DNA from: Takakia lepidozioides | Taxonomy: Eukaryota; Plantae; Bryophyta | Length of the DNA stretch: 64,000 bases | Reading direction: 5' to 3' | Assembly (NCBI GenBank): GCA_030704615.1 | Contig: CM060733.1 | Span: forward strand, 29,078,001 to 29,142,000 | Translations under genes and position numbers: made by a program | Part shown: one piece after another, positions 1 to 14,780 of the stretch | Position numbering within the stretch: position 1 is the stretch's first letter | How the letters are laid out: each line of letters starts with the position of its first letter | Notes under the pieces: generated by a model | The model's input: only the letters and a program-made list of their open reading frames with translations | What the model was told of the DNA's origin: nothing | Database searches by the model: none

Positions 1-175
1 TCTCTACTTGCTGGATGGTGGCAGGGGCCGGTCGGTCCACCTGCCTCCAGGGACATCTCTCCAAGGGATGACCTCTTTGGCCGCAATGCAAACATACTAT
101 ATTACTCCAACAGTCTTCTGTTGGGTGAGTGGTTCTGCCACATTTTTGACAACCTTTCCTGGATTGACTGAATTG

Positions 176-1607
176 TCATTTTGATCTATCCTGATAAGTC
201 AGGTTTCGGCTTACCTGCCTCTCCCGAGTGGGATAAGGACAATGTTGAGCAGCATGCCCGGGACCGTCGCAGTTGGAGCACCATACCTTTGCCGGGTTGG
301 GGCCGGATTCTCCTACTGGAGCAGCATCTCGATACCCCACGTAGCTGGTGATCTGCTGGCCGATGGAGCTCATGCAATCGCCCTTTGTTTCAATGGTTTT
401 GATGAGAGAGGTGATTTGCGCCTCCAAATGGCCCACCCGTGAATCAGACTGCCCAGTGGAATCTGCATATGAGTTAGTAGGGGCAACATTCGTATATTGT
501 GGCACGGTCGGTGCTATTGCTGGTGTAGGGGACGTCGCGGGGGCGTATGGCCATGCTCCTCCTACATATGACGGCGTATAGTGTAGAGCGGGTTGGATCA
601 CCACTAATGGCGTCGGCTCATGTGTGGGCTCGATCGTAATGTATGATGGAAGTGCAAAGTCGGGCATTTTGGCCTGTTGTACTTGGCGATGCATGTTGTC
701 AAACTCCTTGTCGGCTTGTATGGCATCTACCAGTGTTGCAGGTCATTGCTGCAAAACATGAAAGTGAGTGGTCTCTCGTAATCCACTTAGAAAACAATCC
801 TTCAGTACCCCATCATCTAGGGGGGTTAAAGGGTTTTGGAGTCACATCAACTCCCGAAATCACATTTCAAAGTCCGCTACCTCCTCTGTGGGGCCTTGGC
901 GGATCCTGGCCAGTGCCATCAAGACACTGATGAACTGGTGGACCGCTTGAAAATGATCTAAAATACGTCCGAATCTGTTGCCAAGTTACGAATATACCTG
1001 GCGCCTGTTGCCAATACCAAGTGGACGCCCTACCCCTCATGGTCGTGGGAAACCATATCAACCAATAGGCATCGTTTAATGCTTGGTTAGAATAGCAACA
1101 CTGAATAAAGCTTTTCACATGATACTTTGGGTTTTCATGGAGAATAAACGAGGTCAGATTTAAATACCTTCCCTGGAACCTTGGCGATGGAGGCATGTCA
1201 GTGTGCAATCTATGGTGCATTAAAGGATACCCAATGGGCCACGGTCCTTCACAATGCAAGCATTCTGATCGGAGTATCAGATGCTGGTGTGCGAAGAACT
1301 GACAAGACTCACAGTGAGTAAAGAAATCAACTTGCCACCTTAGGTGGGCTACGAACGACGATGCGCCTAAGTAAATACCTGGACAGGAACAACCCGTGAA
1401 TACAAATCTATCTGGGCACCAGTAAAAATTCCGAGTGGTGCCGTTCGGTAGAGTTCGGGTGTTCCAAACTCGTTCGTCGATCCAACATTTCTTATGCACC
1501 TTCTTTTCACCCAGGTACCGAATATATTCTTTGATCCATTCTCGGGTGGACCATGGTGTATGGAAGAACCGGTGCCGGATGCATTTCACTTTTTCATCAA
1601 AGGACAT
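176..1607 (-). pseudogene. Disrupted gag (capsid-like segment plus zinc knuckle)
   Basis: Gag-like motifs are spread over two ORFs separated by stops or frameshifts. Confidence 0.6.
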
Positions 1608-4254
1608 CCAAAATGGTGTTCTACGTTGGCTTATCAGTGACCCACTTCTACACTTGTGTTAGTCTTGTCATAAGCAATCATACCATATAACGGTGCTGGT
1701 TTGGTACAATGGTGCTCAACCGCACGCCACTACCATACTCCTCAACATTCAAAGCAAATGAGGTCCGGACCCCTCTAGTAGGAGTTCCTGGATCCACGAA
1801 CAAAACCTCTAATCTGACTCCCTAGGATGGCTACTGGTGGCAAGATCATGCCCTTCCTCCTCCGAGGAAGTGTACTCAGTAGGTCCACTCGGGGCACTCT
1901 CTACTGAAGAGGTGGCATGTACCACCCGGGGCGGTAAACGAGGCAACTGCGCCAAAGGGACTCTCAGACCAAAAGAAAAAACTACTGACCAAACTAGGAC
2001 CGGGAGCTACAACATGTGATGCAACAAAAGAACTCTCTGCTGGCCGATCTCTAACTGTGCCTGGCAGGGTTAATGAGCCAGATGAAATCAACTCACGAAT
2101 AAGAGCTGATGGCGTGGTTCCCCGGTGATAGTACCGAAGAGGCAAGAATGGTCGGCATGCCCTCCTCGGGTGGGGGGGATGCTCACTCTCGACTCCGTCC
2201 TCTCCTGGGCCGACTCCAATCAATCAGTCTATGAAAGCGGGGCGATGTCCGCAAATAGTGCGCCCCACACACTCCCTCAACGGAGCGGAACGCCTAGCAA
2301 TCCTACTGCACATGTACAGCAGGGTGTCGGTGATGGTGCGACACAACGCACAACAAGCCAAGTAGGCCACCTGCCACGCAAGATGGACCTCAAGGGCCGA
2401 ATCAAAATAAATATACGCAAGAAAGGGTGGCTGACAATAGCCCGGCCAACGAGTGTTGAACCGAAAAAATGTAGCAATAGGGGCCGTTTGGGCTCCGGGG
2501 CCTCGGGGTCCAACTCGAGCGGAGATCCAATACTCTCAATACTCCTCTGTAATGGTCAGGATGTGTCGTCGCATCAGCCTGCAAATCACTGTGGCCTTGG
2601 GGCCAGGTACGTCTCCAGTCCTAGTGCTGGAAATGATGCGGTAGAGTCCGATCACCCGGTACTCAAAGGAATGCTCCCGGCGAGGGAGTGCCAATGGTGC
2701 AGCCATACTGCCACTCAAAATTCTCCATGTGGTTAGCCCTGTGCTTAACTCAAATGCGAGAAATCTATCTAGATATACCTAATGGTTCACTCGGTCTTTT
2801 CCTGTCCGAGTCAAAACATAAAACGTCAGGTAAAAATGAAATAACAAAAATCCCAAAGGAGAATGACAAAGGTCCAATTCTCCTTCTATTCAGAATTCAA
2901 GGAGTCCTGACTATTCACTTACCTCCCGACAGACGCACCATTTATATGACGAGCCCTGAGTGCGCGCGGTCAGGGTGATGGCATATTAGTCTAGGGGGGG
3001 GGTCGTGGTAAGTTGCGGTGTAGATTGGGCTCACTGAACCGCCTACCCGACTGCGGTTAGTGCAGGGGGTCCGTGGTCGTACATGGTGGCTATGATCACT
3101 ATCTAAGTCCTACCGGCAAAGAGAAATCACGTACTTCTCTTCACCGGGCGAGTTTGTGTTTATAAGTCCTACGGTATCGTGCAATCTACTTAGTAGCTGC
3201 CTTCCAAGTCTTTGTGTTTTATTGTCTAATTCCTACCGCCTAGGCCCCCGAGCCGCCTATAGCCGGGACACGTTTTAAACCCTTCACAAGGCACCTGCCG
3301 AGCCTAGGAAGATGAGGGAAAATCTTCCTCTCCCAATGCCCCTCCTTCACCAAGTGCTTAAGATCAAGTCCTCTATGATGGAAGGGCCAACGCTTCCTAC
3401 CCCAATGCCTAAAATACTTTGTCTTAGCAAAGGAGTGGCCAAAATACCTATCATAATCCAATAGGTTCACCAAGTTCAATAAGGTGGTTCTAAGCCCCTC
3501 AACTCAATAAGTTCAATCAGTTTAATCAACGCTCTTCAGGCTCTAACGTGCACCACGTGCATCTATCCTATTTAAACACTTTTGCAAATCAGAAATGCTG
3601 GAAATAAAAGAAAATAAGAAAATCAGGAAAAATACCTCCTCTATGGGAAATCCTGTGGGGAATCCAAAGATACCCTTGGCGCCTAAAGATGCCCTTGGGA
3701 ACCCTGTAGGAACCCAATGAGAACTGAGGAACACCCGAGAATCGTTCCCTGCCGCGGGGAACTGCCGTGGCCCTATCAGATGAACGAATCTCATTGAGAG
3801 CTCATCCTTGCCACTACATTCGTTAGTCCAGAACATGCATGCGTAAATATAACCACTGGTGGGTCCAAGCCAGATTTCACCCCTTTACATTATTTTTTAA
3901 GGCGCTGGTGCGCTTTCCTTCCATGGAAAAAGTTATCCTCTACCTTGGGCTCTGACACAAAGGCACACTGTAGCTGAGTTCTTAGGACATAGTACTTTCT
4001 CTCCTCCCTTGTCTCTCGAGGTCTCCGCCTCTAGCTCACTGCTCACATGCCCGCTTGGCTTTCTCTTGGAGTCATAAGAACGCTCCCCTCCAAGGCTACG
4101 TCCTCCCAAAATCCTAGATCTACTATTGGCGCCTTAGATAATGGCTTCTAACCCTTAGATGGGTATAAATTGAATCTAATAGCTAAAGGTAAGAATACCC
4201 TCAATTAAGGGAATTTGCAGACACATTGCCCGCTGGGTAAAACGCCCCCCGCCA

Positions 4255-5797
4255 TGTGGCGGGGCGCAGATCCGCGCGTAGCGGTCCAAGCCGTGGACCG
4301 CTGCGGTTAACGCCGACATCTGCTGGTCCGTCTCAGCTTTTGATTATCCCGCGGATAAAGACCCGCACCCTGCTCGCACGCTTTAGGGCCTCACGCCTGA
4401 GCCACGCGGCTGATGTACTTTATCTCAGTACGACTTAAGTTCAGCGCTGGGGCCCCGCTCCCCATACGTCGTGGCTGGGCCACGGTTGCCTCCACGCTTT
4501 TAGTAATCGAGTGCCAACTCTCTAGGCGCAGCACCCGGGCTTCTCCCGGGCTGCTCGCGACTTTGGGGCTGTCAAGCGAAAGCAGCCCGCCCAAACCCCA
4601 AGACAAAAAAAGACAACCCACCCTCCCCTAGGCCTCCATGGCTTGCTAGTGGGGGGGGGGGCAAATTAGCACATAGTGGCCTTATATCATAGATCCAGCC
4701 TACTGGCCTACCTTTGCCAGAGCTGGCCATATTTCAAATTAGTAATCAAACACAAAGATTCTTTCCTCAAACAATTCAAATACAAGCCTCTACTGGTACC
4801 CTTTCCAATAGGCTATGGGGTTCTTCCCCTTGTCAATTCTAGACATGAAATAGTAGGATTCCACAATGCACTCTCCTATTTTGAAGAGCCTAAATCAGAT
4901 TTTCAACTTCAAGCTTTGCTTGGAAAATAAATGAATCACATACATAAATGGTGAAATAGTAAGATGGGATCAACCTTTCTTTGCGAGAGTGCTTGGGATG
5001 CTCTATCAACTCAAGTAATGGTACTCTATGCGGCCTCCATTTGGGCTCTCGTCCATAAGTCCACACCAGCCCCTCCTACTTGTCCTCAAGTCACTTTCCT
5101 CTACATGAAATTGCCCTCTTCCTTCACAAATGAAATGGCTCAAAGGCCCACAAGTTAGGCCACTTGCCTTAGCTCACAAGAATTTTATCTAACTAGGGAG
5201 CTTCAAGCTCCACTCCCTATGATCTAGCCTCCTCAAGCCTCAAACTAACAACACTACAACAAGAAGAAACTAAGCGAGAGAAGAACTAGATGAAGAACAA
5301 GAGAAGCCTTGCCTTTCTTTTATACTATTTTGAGCCTAATAAACTAATGGAAAATATTCATTAAACTATTGTTTTCTTGGAGGATCTATAATATAATATT
5401 CAACATGGATGAAAAGTCTTAGAGGCAAATGAAAGCTGGATTTTCATCCATCCAATTGGATGACCACTTGGCGTGAGTTGTCATTTCATCCATCCAGCTC
5501 CTCAAGGCGAATTCCAGGCTTTTTCATCCATCCAAGAAGTAGAAATGCAAATAATAGGCCCCGTGAGTGCTGTCGACTCAATAATTTGGCCCCACTGCTA
5601 ATCAGCTCCATAAATCACCAAACTTGGTGACAAACTACAATTATATACCCTGTATCAGCCTATAAATTCTCAGCTCCATCGGTGGTAAAAAAGTTGCGCT
5701 TCTCGCCATTCGTCATATTTTCGCTACACACAGATTTTGTGGTATTTTTGGAAATCAAATCCCTGGTGATGGCTCTGGGGTCTTTGACCCTGCCACT
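4255..5797 (-). repeat. Putative 5' LTR of the left-edge element
   Basis: Starts TGTGGCGGGG directly after ...CCCCCGCCA (PBS-like position on the minus strand) and ends CCCTGCCACT, an imperfect inverted terminus. The partner LTR is not in the window. Confidence 0.4.
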
Positions 5798-6199
5798 GAG
5801 TCATAGGTTGTCCGGAGTCCCCTCCAGTTGTCCCGCACCGCTAACAAGTCCACGCTTTGCCGTTTGAAGTTGTCCTGATCTGTTGTCATTCCGATGCGAC
5901 CAATTGCTTTGTTGCGATATTTCATCACTGTACATGTCGCTTCCACCAATTGCCAAGCTTCTCGCCGTGTGTTCCTACTGGACTTGAAAGGCGGGAGAAA
6001 AGAGAGATCGCAATCTGGGACTAGAACAGTCGTCATGTATTGTTTGAACATGATTAACTTGCCGTTTCTGGTACCGAATTGGCAGCCTAATCTGCTGTCG
6101 ATGTATCTTCCTACGGTCATCTTGACGCCAGAGTTCCACTCCATGGTCGTCGCAGACACTGTCTAATTTCTACGTGCTTTACCAACGATTTCCAGACAA

Positions 6200-8085
6200 C
6201 TAACAAACTAACCTGTTTTGGCAGTACAATGCCGAAACCGCTTGTCTTATGATAAAAAACGATCTGAAAATAAAAGTGTACCAATATATGCATCTACAGC
6301 CACTCTCGACTCTCCCACACGATCGTACCTTGACTGCTACGTCCAACCCGCCCCCTCCACGTGTCTGCACCCTCCCCCTGCCACGAACCCCACCCAAATC
6401 AAATTCAATCTCCCCCCTACTACCCCCCCTCCCCCCCCCCCCCCGCCACCCATAGCCGATACCTCATCCGTGCACCCACACTCTCATTCATCCATGACAA
6501 TATCCCCCAACGGATATCTCATCCATCCGGCTCCACTCCTCACACCTTTCATCCCACCCCCCACACACTCATACCCCCGCAATTCTTTATCCAACCCAGT
6601 CACCCCTCCCCCCTTATCACCCACTGCCTGCGCACCTGCCTCACCCACCAGGATCCCACGCCTACATACCAAACACACTTTAACTCCTTAACCACAGACA
6701 CAATACCCTTCCATGCACCTTGCCGCCACCAGTTCCACGATTACAAGCTTTACTATCCATACAGATTTACCAAGCCCCGATAAACCCCTTGTACATTCTC
6801 CTGACACTCCTAACTACATAAACACACACCCCCAAAGCTACCTCCTCACACACTGCCCTCATGGTTGGTATCAACTACAACTCCTGGCATCCAAGCACTC
6901 CCTCCATCACCCCCCATCACACCACACCAAATTCACTCTAACATGCGCACTACTCATACTTATGAGATGTGGTGACATCCATCCAAACCCCGGCCCAAAT
7001 ACCATCAACAATATTAATGACCTCCCTACCGACCCCCAAGATAAATATGCGCTATACTTTCAACCCAACACTGTCTAACTCAAACCAGCCTATCAACACT
7101 TATACAACCACTTTTTGCCTGCTATCGCCTCATCCTCCGTCCAACCCACAACTAAATACCCAATAGCTCCACATTTGGCCACCCCACATGTGACTACCCC
7201 GCCCTCATACAAGCGGTTTGACAACTTACCCAATACCCACCGCTACACATTTTATTCTCCTTAATTATTACCATCTCCCCACTACCCACAATATGTGATG
7301 ACTACTTCAGGACCCACATGGACTCACAAGTCCAAACACTTCTACACAAACTTCCAGCACATCCGGCCCACAACTATATAGCACCCCCTCACTACCTATC
7401 CGAGCTACACAAATCACTTCAACTCCTCCAATCAACTCCCGGACATGCCCATAAAATCTTAGGCGACCACCTCTCCGACCCTACTCACTACCTCCGTGAC
7501 ATGAGCCAAAAATTCCCATTCTTCTCAGACAATATCCTCAACGCCACTCTCCAATTCCCGGTTACCAACATCCACCCAGGCCGCAACCCCCCCAGAACGC
7601 CACCACCCCAACCCCCCAATTACACACCACTACCCGATAGACCACCCTCCCCCCCCCCATCTGGACCGCACCCACCACGTTCATTCCCTTTGTATCACCA
7701 CCTGAAATGTGGGATCCCTAGCCACAAGCATTCAAAGTCTTATACACCTACTCTCCGAATCCATCTCTCCACACATCATCCTCCTACAAGAAACTAAGCT
7801 TAACAACAATACCCTCAATAACTCTTATTTAAACAAACTTCTTCCGGCATACCATATGCTGTATGGAAACCCCCTAACAGCCGCGCAAATGCCTTTCCTG
7901 ATGGTCTGCCCCATATCAACCATCTAGAGGCGGCGTTGCACTAGGTATCCTCCGTACACACCACTCCTCCAGTACCACCACTAAAATAACTCTACCCCTC
8001 CCCCTACGCTCACACCTCCAAATTATACAACTAAACCTACCCGCCCTAACCCCCATCACTCTAATTCATCTCTACATGCCGTCAC
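6200..8085 (+). mobile_element. 3'-truncated LINE fragment: Pro-rich region, 2A-like motif, start of an APE endonuclease
   Basis: LLILMRCGDIHPNPGP at ~6950-6997, then NVGSL...PHIILLQETKL, GGVA and LIHLYMP, typical of the LINE endonuclease N-terminus. Many stops. Confidence 0.6.
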
Positions 8086-9457
8086 ATGTCAATGATTTAT
8101 TTATTTATTTTTTATTTTATTTATTTTTTTTTCCGAAAAAACTTGCAAATGAACCCAACCCCTGCTTTGCAAGCAAAAGACATGGCATTTACCCATCATG
8201 GATTTTTGGTCACCAGGAAGAAGGACATGACAACAAATCATAAGTTATGTAATCCGAGCAATTTGTAGATGTCATTCACCCCAAATAGCACACCAAAAGA
8301 GCAGCCAGATTAAGGTGTCGCTGAAAAAAATAAAAATGGATTAAGGTGCCAGATTATGGTGGCGCATTCGGGAAAAAAAAAAGAAAAAAAAATCGGATTT
8401 TTTTTTGTTTTGCTTTTTTTTTGGAAAACTTGCAAACAGATTTTGAGTTGTCATGTTATGCGGAGGCTGCAGCGGGCGATTTAGTCTCATCTCATCTCCC
8501 CCTCCTGTGCTTTACGATAGAGATGGTTTTCTGCAGAGTAGGGCTAGTGTCTTCATAGACAGTTGTGCCTTCATTTTGGACACTGACTCCAGTAACAGTG
8601 GATATTTTTCGTCGGAATGAATCGACTGTTTTCAAACGATTTTTACTAAAGCACCAAATGGCCTCTCCACCTTCTTTGCAATTGGGTTTGAGCATCTCTC
8701 TCGATTAAGGTGGGGCCTCTTTCAGGTAGTTCTAGAGCTTTCCAAAAGGAGGATGAGGTGGTGGGCCATCTAGAAGGCTCCCCCACCCCCTTGAGACATT
8801 ATATATAAAGAGGGTGAGGGCTGCTTTTTAGGGGTTTCTTCCGTTTTGGTGGACTCTGCTAGCCAACATGCCCCCCTAAAAAATGTAATTTTGGAACCTA
8901 AATCATCTACAAATGAATGGAAAGCTGAATAAATAAGCTAAAAACACGTAGTATCTAGAACTACTGTTGGCATCTTTTATATACATATATATGCATCATG
9001 AAATGTGATAAAAAAAAACGGTACACCGTGTCAGGCTCCAATTGGTGCCATTGGGCTGAGTCATGCCTCTATCTCCCCCTTTATGTTTTGCCAAAGCAAG
9101 AGAGCCCATGGCCATTTGAAGCTTATCTTATGACAAATAATGAATACAATAATGATAACCCATCCATAAATACCAGTTCCACATCTAATGGATGAGTCTC
9201 ATCTTCATAATCCTCACTGCACCAGCAGAGTTAGTCAACCCAGGTACGACGTATATAGTGTCACATCAGGTAGGTTGTACTATACACAGACGTACAGGTC
9301 CAAGGTAACTAAGGTATGTTACTAGGTTACCGCATACGTACACTGTAGGTACCTACCTCAGTACCTGGGTAGGTATTGTACCTACAGAAGTACCTATGGC
9401 TGCTAGTTACCTAGGCAGATAGTTTGCGCACATGTGTGTATGTGTATCTGGATGTGC

Positions 9458-9540
9458 ATGGATGGATGGATGGATGGATGGATAGATGGGACGATGGGGA
9501 TGGTGGGGAGGGTGAGCGTCGAGAGGAGAGAGAGAGAGGG
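9458..9540. repeat. (GGAT)n and (GA)n microsatellites in the probable promoter/5'UTR of the Yippee gene
   Basis: Directly visible simple repeats. Confidence 0.7.
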
Positions 9541-11080
9541 AGGCGTGGGAGGGGGTGTGGCTTCCGAGGCTCGTCTGCCGTGGAGCGTAATCTTTGTTTT
9601 CTTGCATATTGGGCATCAGGGCTAGGAAGAAATGGTTTCCTCGCTTGTTCCAGGGTGCGTCTTCTGACTGGGATCATGCTCCATCGTTTTCCACGCATGT
9701 GCGATCTCAGTGTTGGTGCGGAAGTGGTCGCAATTGGCCGCTTGATTTGATGAGGGAGATACTGGAGCAACTATAACAGGTTATGGGATGCCACAAGGTG
9801 TGCATTGGGAAGGATCTGTTGTTGACATAATCTGTGGATTCGGCCCTCTGATACATGTACCATTCTCTCCGTCGTTTTCCCCTCCGTGTGAAGAGGGATG
9901 ACAAGCCAACAGAATGTGCATATGGTCAAGCCTGATACATGAAGGTCATGGAAGTACTAACTGCCGAGCGTCTCGGCTCTTGCAGTGACCTGAATTGTGA
10001 AGTATGTCTGGGAAGTCGATTGTTGGATTCGAAATGCTAATGATTCATTGATAGAACAAGCGAATGCCTCCAATCGCTATTAGTTCCTGAAAACTTGTCA
10101 GGAAGGATGTAAGGCATGGGGAGAATTGTGGGCATGTTGTTGTCGATGATCACTGCCACTTTCATGTGGTCTGACCAGATTCTCCCTTTCGTATCCTTGG
10201 GCATGTATATACTGATTTGTCAAGATATGTAAAGGGGAAGCTAGTCATTTCTTGCTGAGGAAGTATTGCGGATTTTAGAGGAATGATTGTTAGCTGGAGC
10301 AAACCATGGCATGCTCTTGTCCATACAAGCCTCCATACCATACTACTTGCCCAGGGTTTGAAAAGAAAGTTCTCGTCCTTACTAGCAGCTCTCAAGAGCA
10401 AAGAGGGTTACAGGTAAGAGAGAGCTGAAGGAATGTGCATCTATCGTTCCCAGTATATACTCATGGTGGATGGGAATATCTCATCTGATCACATGTGGTA
10501 GGAAACCTTGAAGGTCGATGGCTTGAACCTTGACCTAGGTGTGTGTGGGGGGGCGGGGTGGGGGGGGGGGTCTGTAGCTTTCATTTCCCCTCATTTGCTG
10601 GACATGCTATTGGCTGTGCTATTCCTCTCCTGTATGTTTCTTGGTCTGAGTATCGATTGCAGTGTGTTTTTTTGCAAACATACAACTGCTCATAGGTCAA
10701 ACTGTCAACATCTGTTCTTCATCGGAGATTTGTAGTTTGTCTTTGACTAATTTGTTGGTTTTCCTATGTGAACTGCACTTATTAATTGGCTGGTGGTTTA
10801 TTGGAATCTTGTGACAAGCTTTTGTCAATCGCATCAGGAGTTTCTGATGTTTAAATTCTCTTCTCACACGGCTGCTGGGACTTGTGTTATGTACTGATGG
10901 GGAAGGTCCATGTGTGTAATGGTTGCAGATGATGCGATGTGCTTCCAGATGTCAGCCCTTCCATGGATGAGTTAATTGCCTGTTCATACATCAGAGATTA
11001 GAGATTGAACTAGATTTGTGAGAGACAGAGCCGGAGAGTGGCAAAGGGCAAAGGAGGGGAAGGGAGAGAAAGAGAGAAAG

Positions 11081-14000
11081 ATGGGAAGGTTGTACTCGAT
11101 ACAGCTGGATGGGCGCATATACAGTTGTCGTTTTTGCCGAAGCCACTTGGCCAACTGTGATGAGCTAATCTCTAAGGTAGCCTCCCCTTTTCTTTCCTGC
11201 TATTTCCACCACATTTGGATTAATGTTGATTTCTAATTGGTTAAGTCTTGGCAGATTGCTTTTAGCTAAGTTTGCATGTTTGGCGTTTGTTTCTCGTTCA
11301 GTTTTCTTCTGCACGGATTGGATTTTGTTTGCAAGTTTTCATAACCTGGGCCTGTTACTGATGGTTGCAAGAACCAAGCTCATCAGCTTGTGCCTGCTGG
11401 CTGTACCATGTTGATTCTGCTGCAAAAGTTGCAAAACTATGTGAGGACCCCTCCATGTTTTGGGATCTGCATGGACCGCTTGGTTTTGCAATTTGAGTGT
11501 TTGTGTAGCTTTTATTCTGCTTGTTTGTTAATTGTACAACTTGTGTAATACTGCAGAAGGGTGTAATATCTTTGACTGAAAGAACCGTCCTTCGCAAGCT
11601 GAACCCACTCTGCTTGTGAAATGCTAGTTCCCGGCAAGTGCAAACGTGGCTGCTGTGCTGAAGGTATACCTTCAATGCCTCACGCATGTTGAGGGTCTTC
11701 AGCATGGTAGCAAATTTGCACTCACCGGCGATGGGCATTTACCAGTTGAAGCGGTAGGCATGGAATCAATGAGGCCTCATTCTAGTCTGCGTCGGCAAGC
11801 TCTCTCGAGGCAGGTGATCCAGCATTGGTGGCTATGTGTGCCAACCAAATGTCATAGGGTTGAAGCATTGTTGATTGGTGTGCTATTTTTAGGGCTTGGC
11901 AAGCGTTTTGCTGTGCAACATGAGTTGTCATGCACAGATGCGTGCCATCATGTGATATTGTTGTTGTCTCTCTCTTTGCTGAAATCTTTCAACGCAGATC
12001 TCAACATGGAAATATCCAGTTCAAGTTCTATCCTGTTTCCACTTCGGAGTCTTTTTTCAGCTGTAGGTAGGCTGTTGGTCGTTACAAGGCCCCTCTTTTT
12101 CTCTTTGTCTCGACTAAAATAAGCTAGCCAGATTTGGCTCTACTTCTCTTTGGCATCCGTTGCATCTCAGTCAAGATCGCTGAGTTAGGTGACACCCTTT
12201 GTGTACCTGTCAGCATGCAGCTTCCTGCATACTATTTAGTGTCCGTGCCGTTTGTTATCAGTTGTCTGTTGATAATTTGCACCTTTGTCTTCTTCTAGCA
12301 TGCCATTCTTTGACTCGGGATGGCTTTCTAGGTCCTCAGAGTATTCCACCTGGAATTGAAAACCATTTGTTGTGGAGAATATGAACAAACATACTCTCAC
12401 AGGACAGTTTTTCACACTTGTGACTTGGATTAACAGTGATTAAAGTGATGCACTCAGTCATTAATTCATAATGATTCTTTTGACTGAAGTAATTCAGACA
12501 TGTATATAACACTCATGTTAATATATGAAAGGGGTTTGTGCTTGGAACATGCTCTCAAAGTGGCTTCCTTCCACTTCACTGACCCTCACACCATCACTCT
12601 CCTTCAATGGACTTGTGTATTTATGTCAGTTGTCAATCTAGACTAACGTTGGGATATTCAATGCTCAGGGCAAAGGACCTCCATGAAGCTCTGCTTTGGC
12701 ATCTTTGTGTAAGTTTAGTTTGCTCCCTGTTAAAGATCAACCAACAGGTGCCCATCCTGAAGCTCCCTGTGGATTTGAAACTTGGGTTGAAAGCACTCAA
12801 CAAAACCGTAAGTCGGAGAGATGACAAGTACTTATTGGAGATAGGTTTGGGGTAGAAGTGAGGTATGGAATGGATGGCGTTTTTCTTTTGTCATATGAGC
12901 ATACAACAGTCTCTGATGAAGCCTTTTCATTTTTCTCTCTTACTCTATTCTGTTCAGGCCTTTCACTGTCGATATGGGAAGGCTTACCTTTTCAACACTG
13001 TGTAAGTGCTCTTCCTTTCCTCCACCATTGTGTCTCTTCTCTAGTATTGTTGCTTCCAGCATGCTGCTGTAGCCTCTACTGTAATGCAGAGGTGACACAT
13101 GTGACTGATTGTACTGCATGCCACATGGGGCCATGGGACCACAAGGACTCTGCATAAGTGGAGCGGATGCATCTTCTATCACTAAGTTGGAGGGGGAAGT
13201 GGCATGTATTGGTGGATGGCAGGGTGAATGTGTCCGTAGGGCCACAAGAGGATCGCATGATGATGACAGGCAAACATACAGTTTCTGACATCTACTGCAA
13301 TTGCTGTCGGCAAATTGTTGGCTGGAAATATGTATGCTGGCTTACCCTTACCACCCCATATGGAAGTCGTCTTACCTCCAATCCATCTTCCTGCCACTTT
13401 CTATCTTATTCTGGAGGGGCAGGCTAATTGGTCACCCCTGCTGATCAAAGTTGCAAGTATTTTCTGAGAGTGGTCTTAGTGTGGTGATTATGAGATGAAG
13501 TGCCACCAGTCATATCTGACCATGAGGGTAGGAAAGGCTGTCAAAAATTCCTTCCAGTTAGCGATGTCATGGTACTCTTCAAAGTTTTGGTTAAACTCTT
13601 GAGGCTCCACTATAGACAGGGGATGGGGTAGGGACTTTCTCGCTATCTCATACTTAAGTAGAGCAAGCATATGTTGGTGTGGGGAAGTTTATGATCATAC
13701 TTTCCAGGAGATGGTACGTGGTGTACCCAAAGCAATATGCTCTCAGAACTAAGTGACTATGACATTTGGTGGGCAACGCCAGGGTAGATATACTTCATCA
13801 AACTCTCCTTACTGTACCCTCGAGGCCATAGAGCCCGTGCCCAGTTTGTAGCAAATGCAGATGGGCATGCTCTCGACAGAAAAACGCTAAATGCAACCAC
13901 AATGCATGGTCAAAGGGTATCATCGATCCAAAGCAACCTAGCGTTTCTTGCAGAAAATGTGTTGACGTGATTGTTTGGTCCTAGCAGGAATTGGCCTACG

Positions 14001-14780
14001 AAAAGAGCGAGAAGTATAAGGAAGGAAAATTCATACTCGAGCGGTATGTTTTTCAAAGACGTCATTGTTATTCTGGCCAAGGCACAGAACTAGCTTTGTC
14101 GATTGATACTAGCTTTTGACAAATAGCCCAGTAGCTTAGGTGGTTTCATGTCTTACACACGGAACTTGTACTAGACAGTCGGTGACAGGCCTGAGAAGGC
14201 AGTATCTATTAGACTGCTAGTGAATGCAGGTTTCTGTTCCTGTGTACCCCACCTATTGTGAGGACTCGTACAGTATTGTGTCCCTATGTCCACAAGCGTA
14301 CTGATGAAACGAGTATTCTGGTGGAAACAGAGCCAAGATGACAGATGGAAATGGAAGCGACTTCTATTCGACTGATGATGAATAATGGTCATGTGGGTCA
14401 CAAGATCCACTCCTCAAATCGAACAGGTGTGTTGGCCAGTGCATCATCTAGCAGGCGTGTTATCAACCAAGGAGCCTGCCTGTCTCGTCAGAAGCCAGAA
14501 CTGGCTGAACTTTCACTCTATTTTTTAATTATCACTAGATCTGTAACAAGTGCATTTCAATAATGTCCGCTGGAAAATTTTCTGGTTAGGAATGACTCAC
14601 AAGTATGTACTGGTTACAGCTCCTGTGTTCCACTTGTAAAAACTCACAATGCCCTCCCTCTGTGCCATTGGCTTTGCCATATCCATGGGCATTAGGTGCC
14701 TGAAATCCTGTATATACTTAACTATTTGACTCGGCATCCTCTCATTTCTTTGCAGTGCCAACTTTTATGTTGAGCTATGA
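11081..14780 (+). CDS. YPEL: Yippee-like (YPEL) zinc-binding protein; exons 11081-11176, 12958-13001, 13223-13331, 13988-14043, tentative last exon 14756-14780
   Basis: Spliced translation [106 protein letters not shown] introns with consistent phases. The last exon is a guess. Confidence 0.9.

Larger units (their letters stand above)
1..5797 (-). mobile_element. 5' part of a degenerate LTR retrotransposon (gag region, long leader, putative LTR); runs off the left edge
   Basis: Minus-strand ORF 867-1607 has a retrotransposon-gag-like segment (LIWFPTTMRGRASTWY). ORF 176-694 has a CCHC zinc knuckle (CSNCDGPGHAAQHC). Confidence 0.65.
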
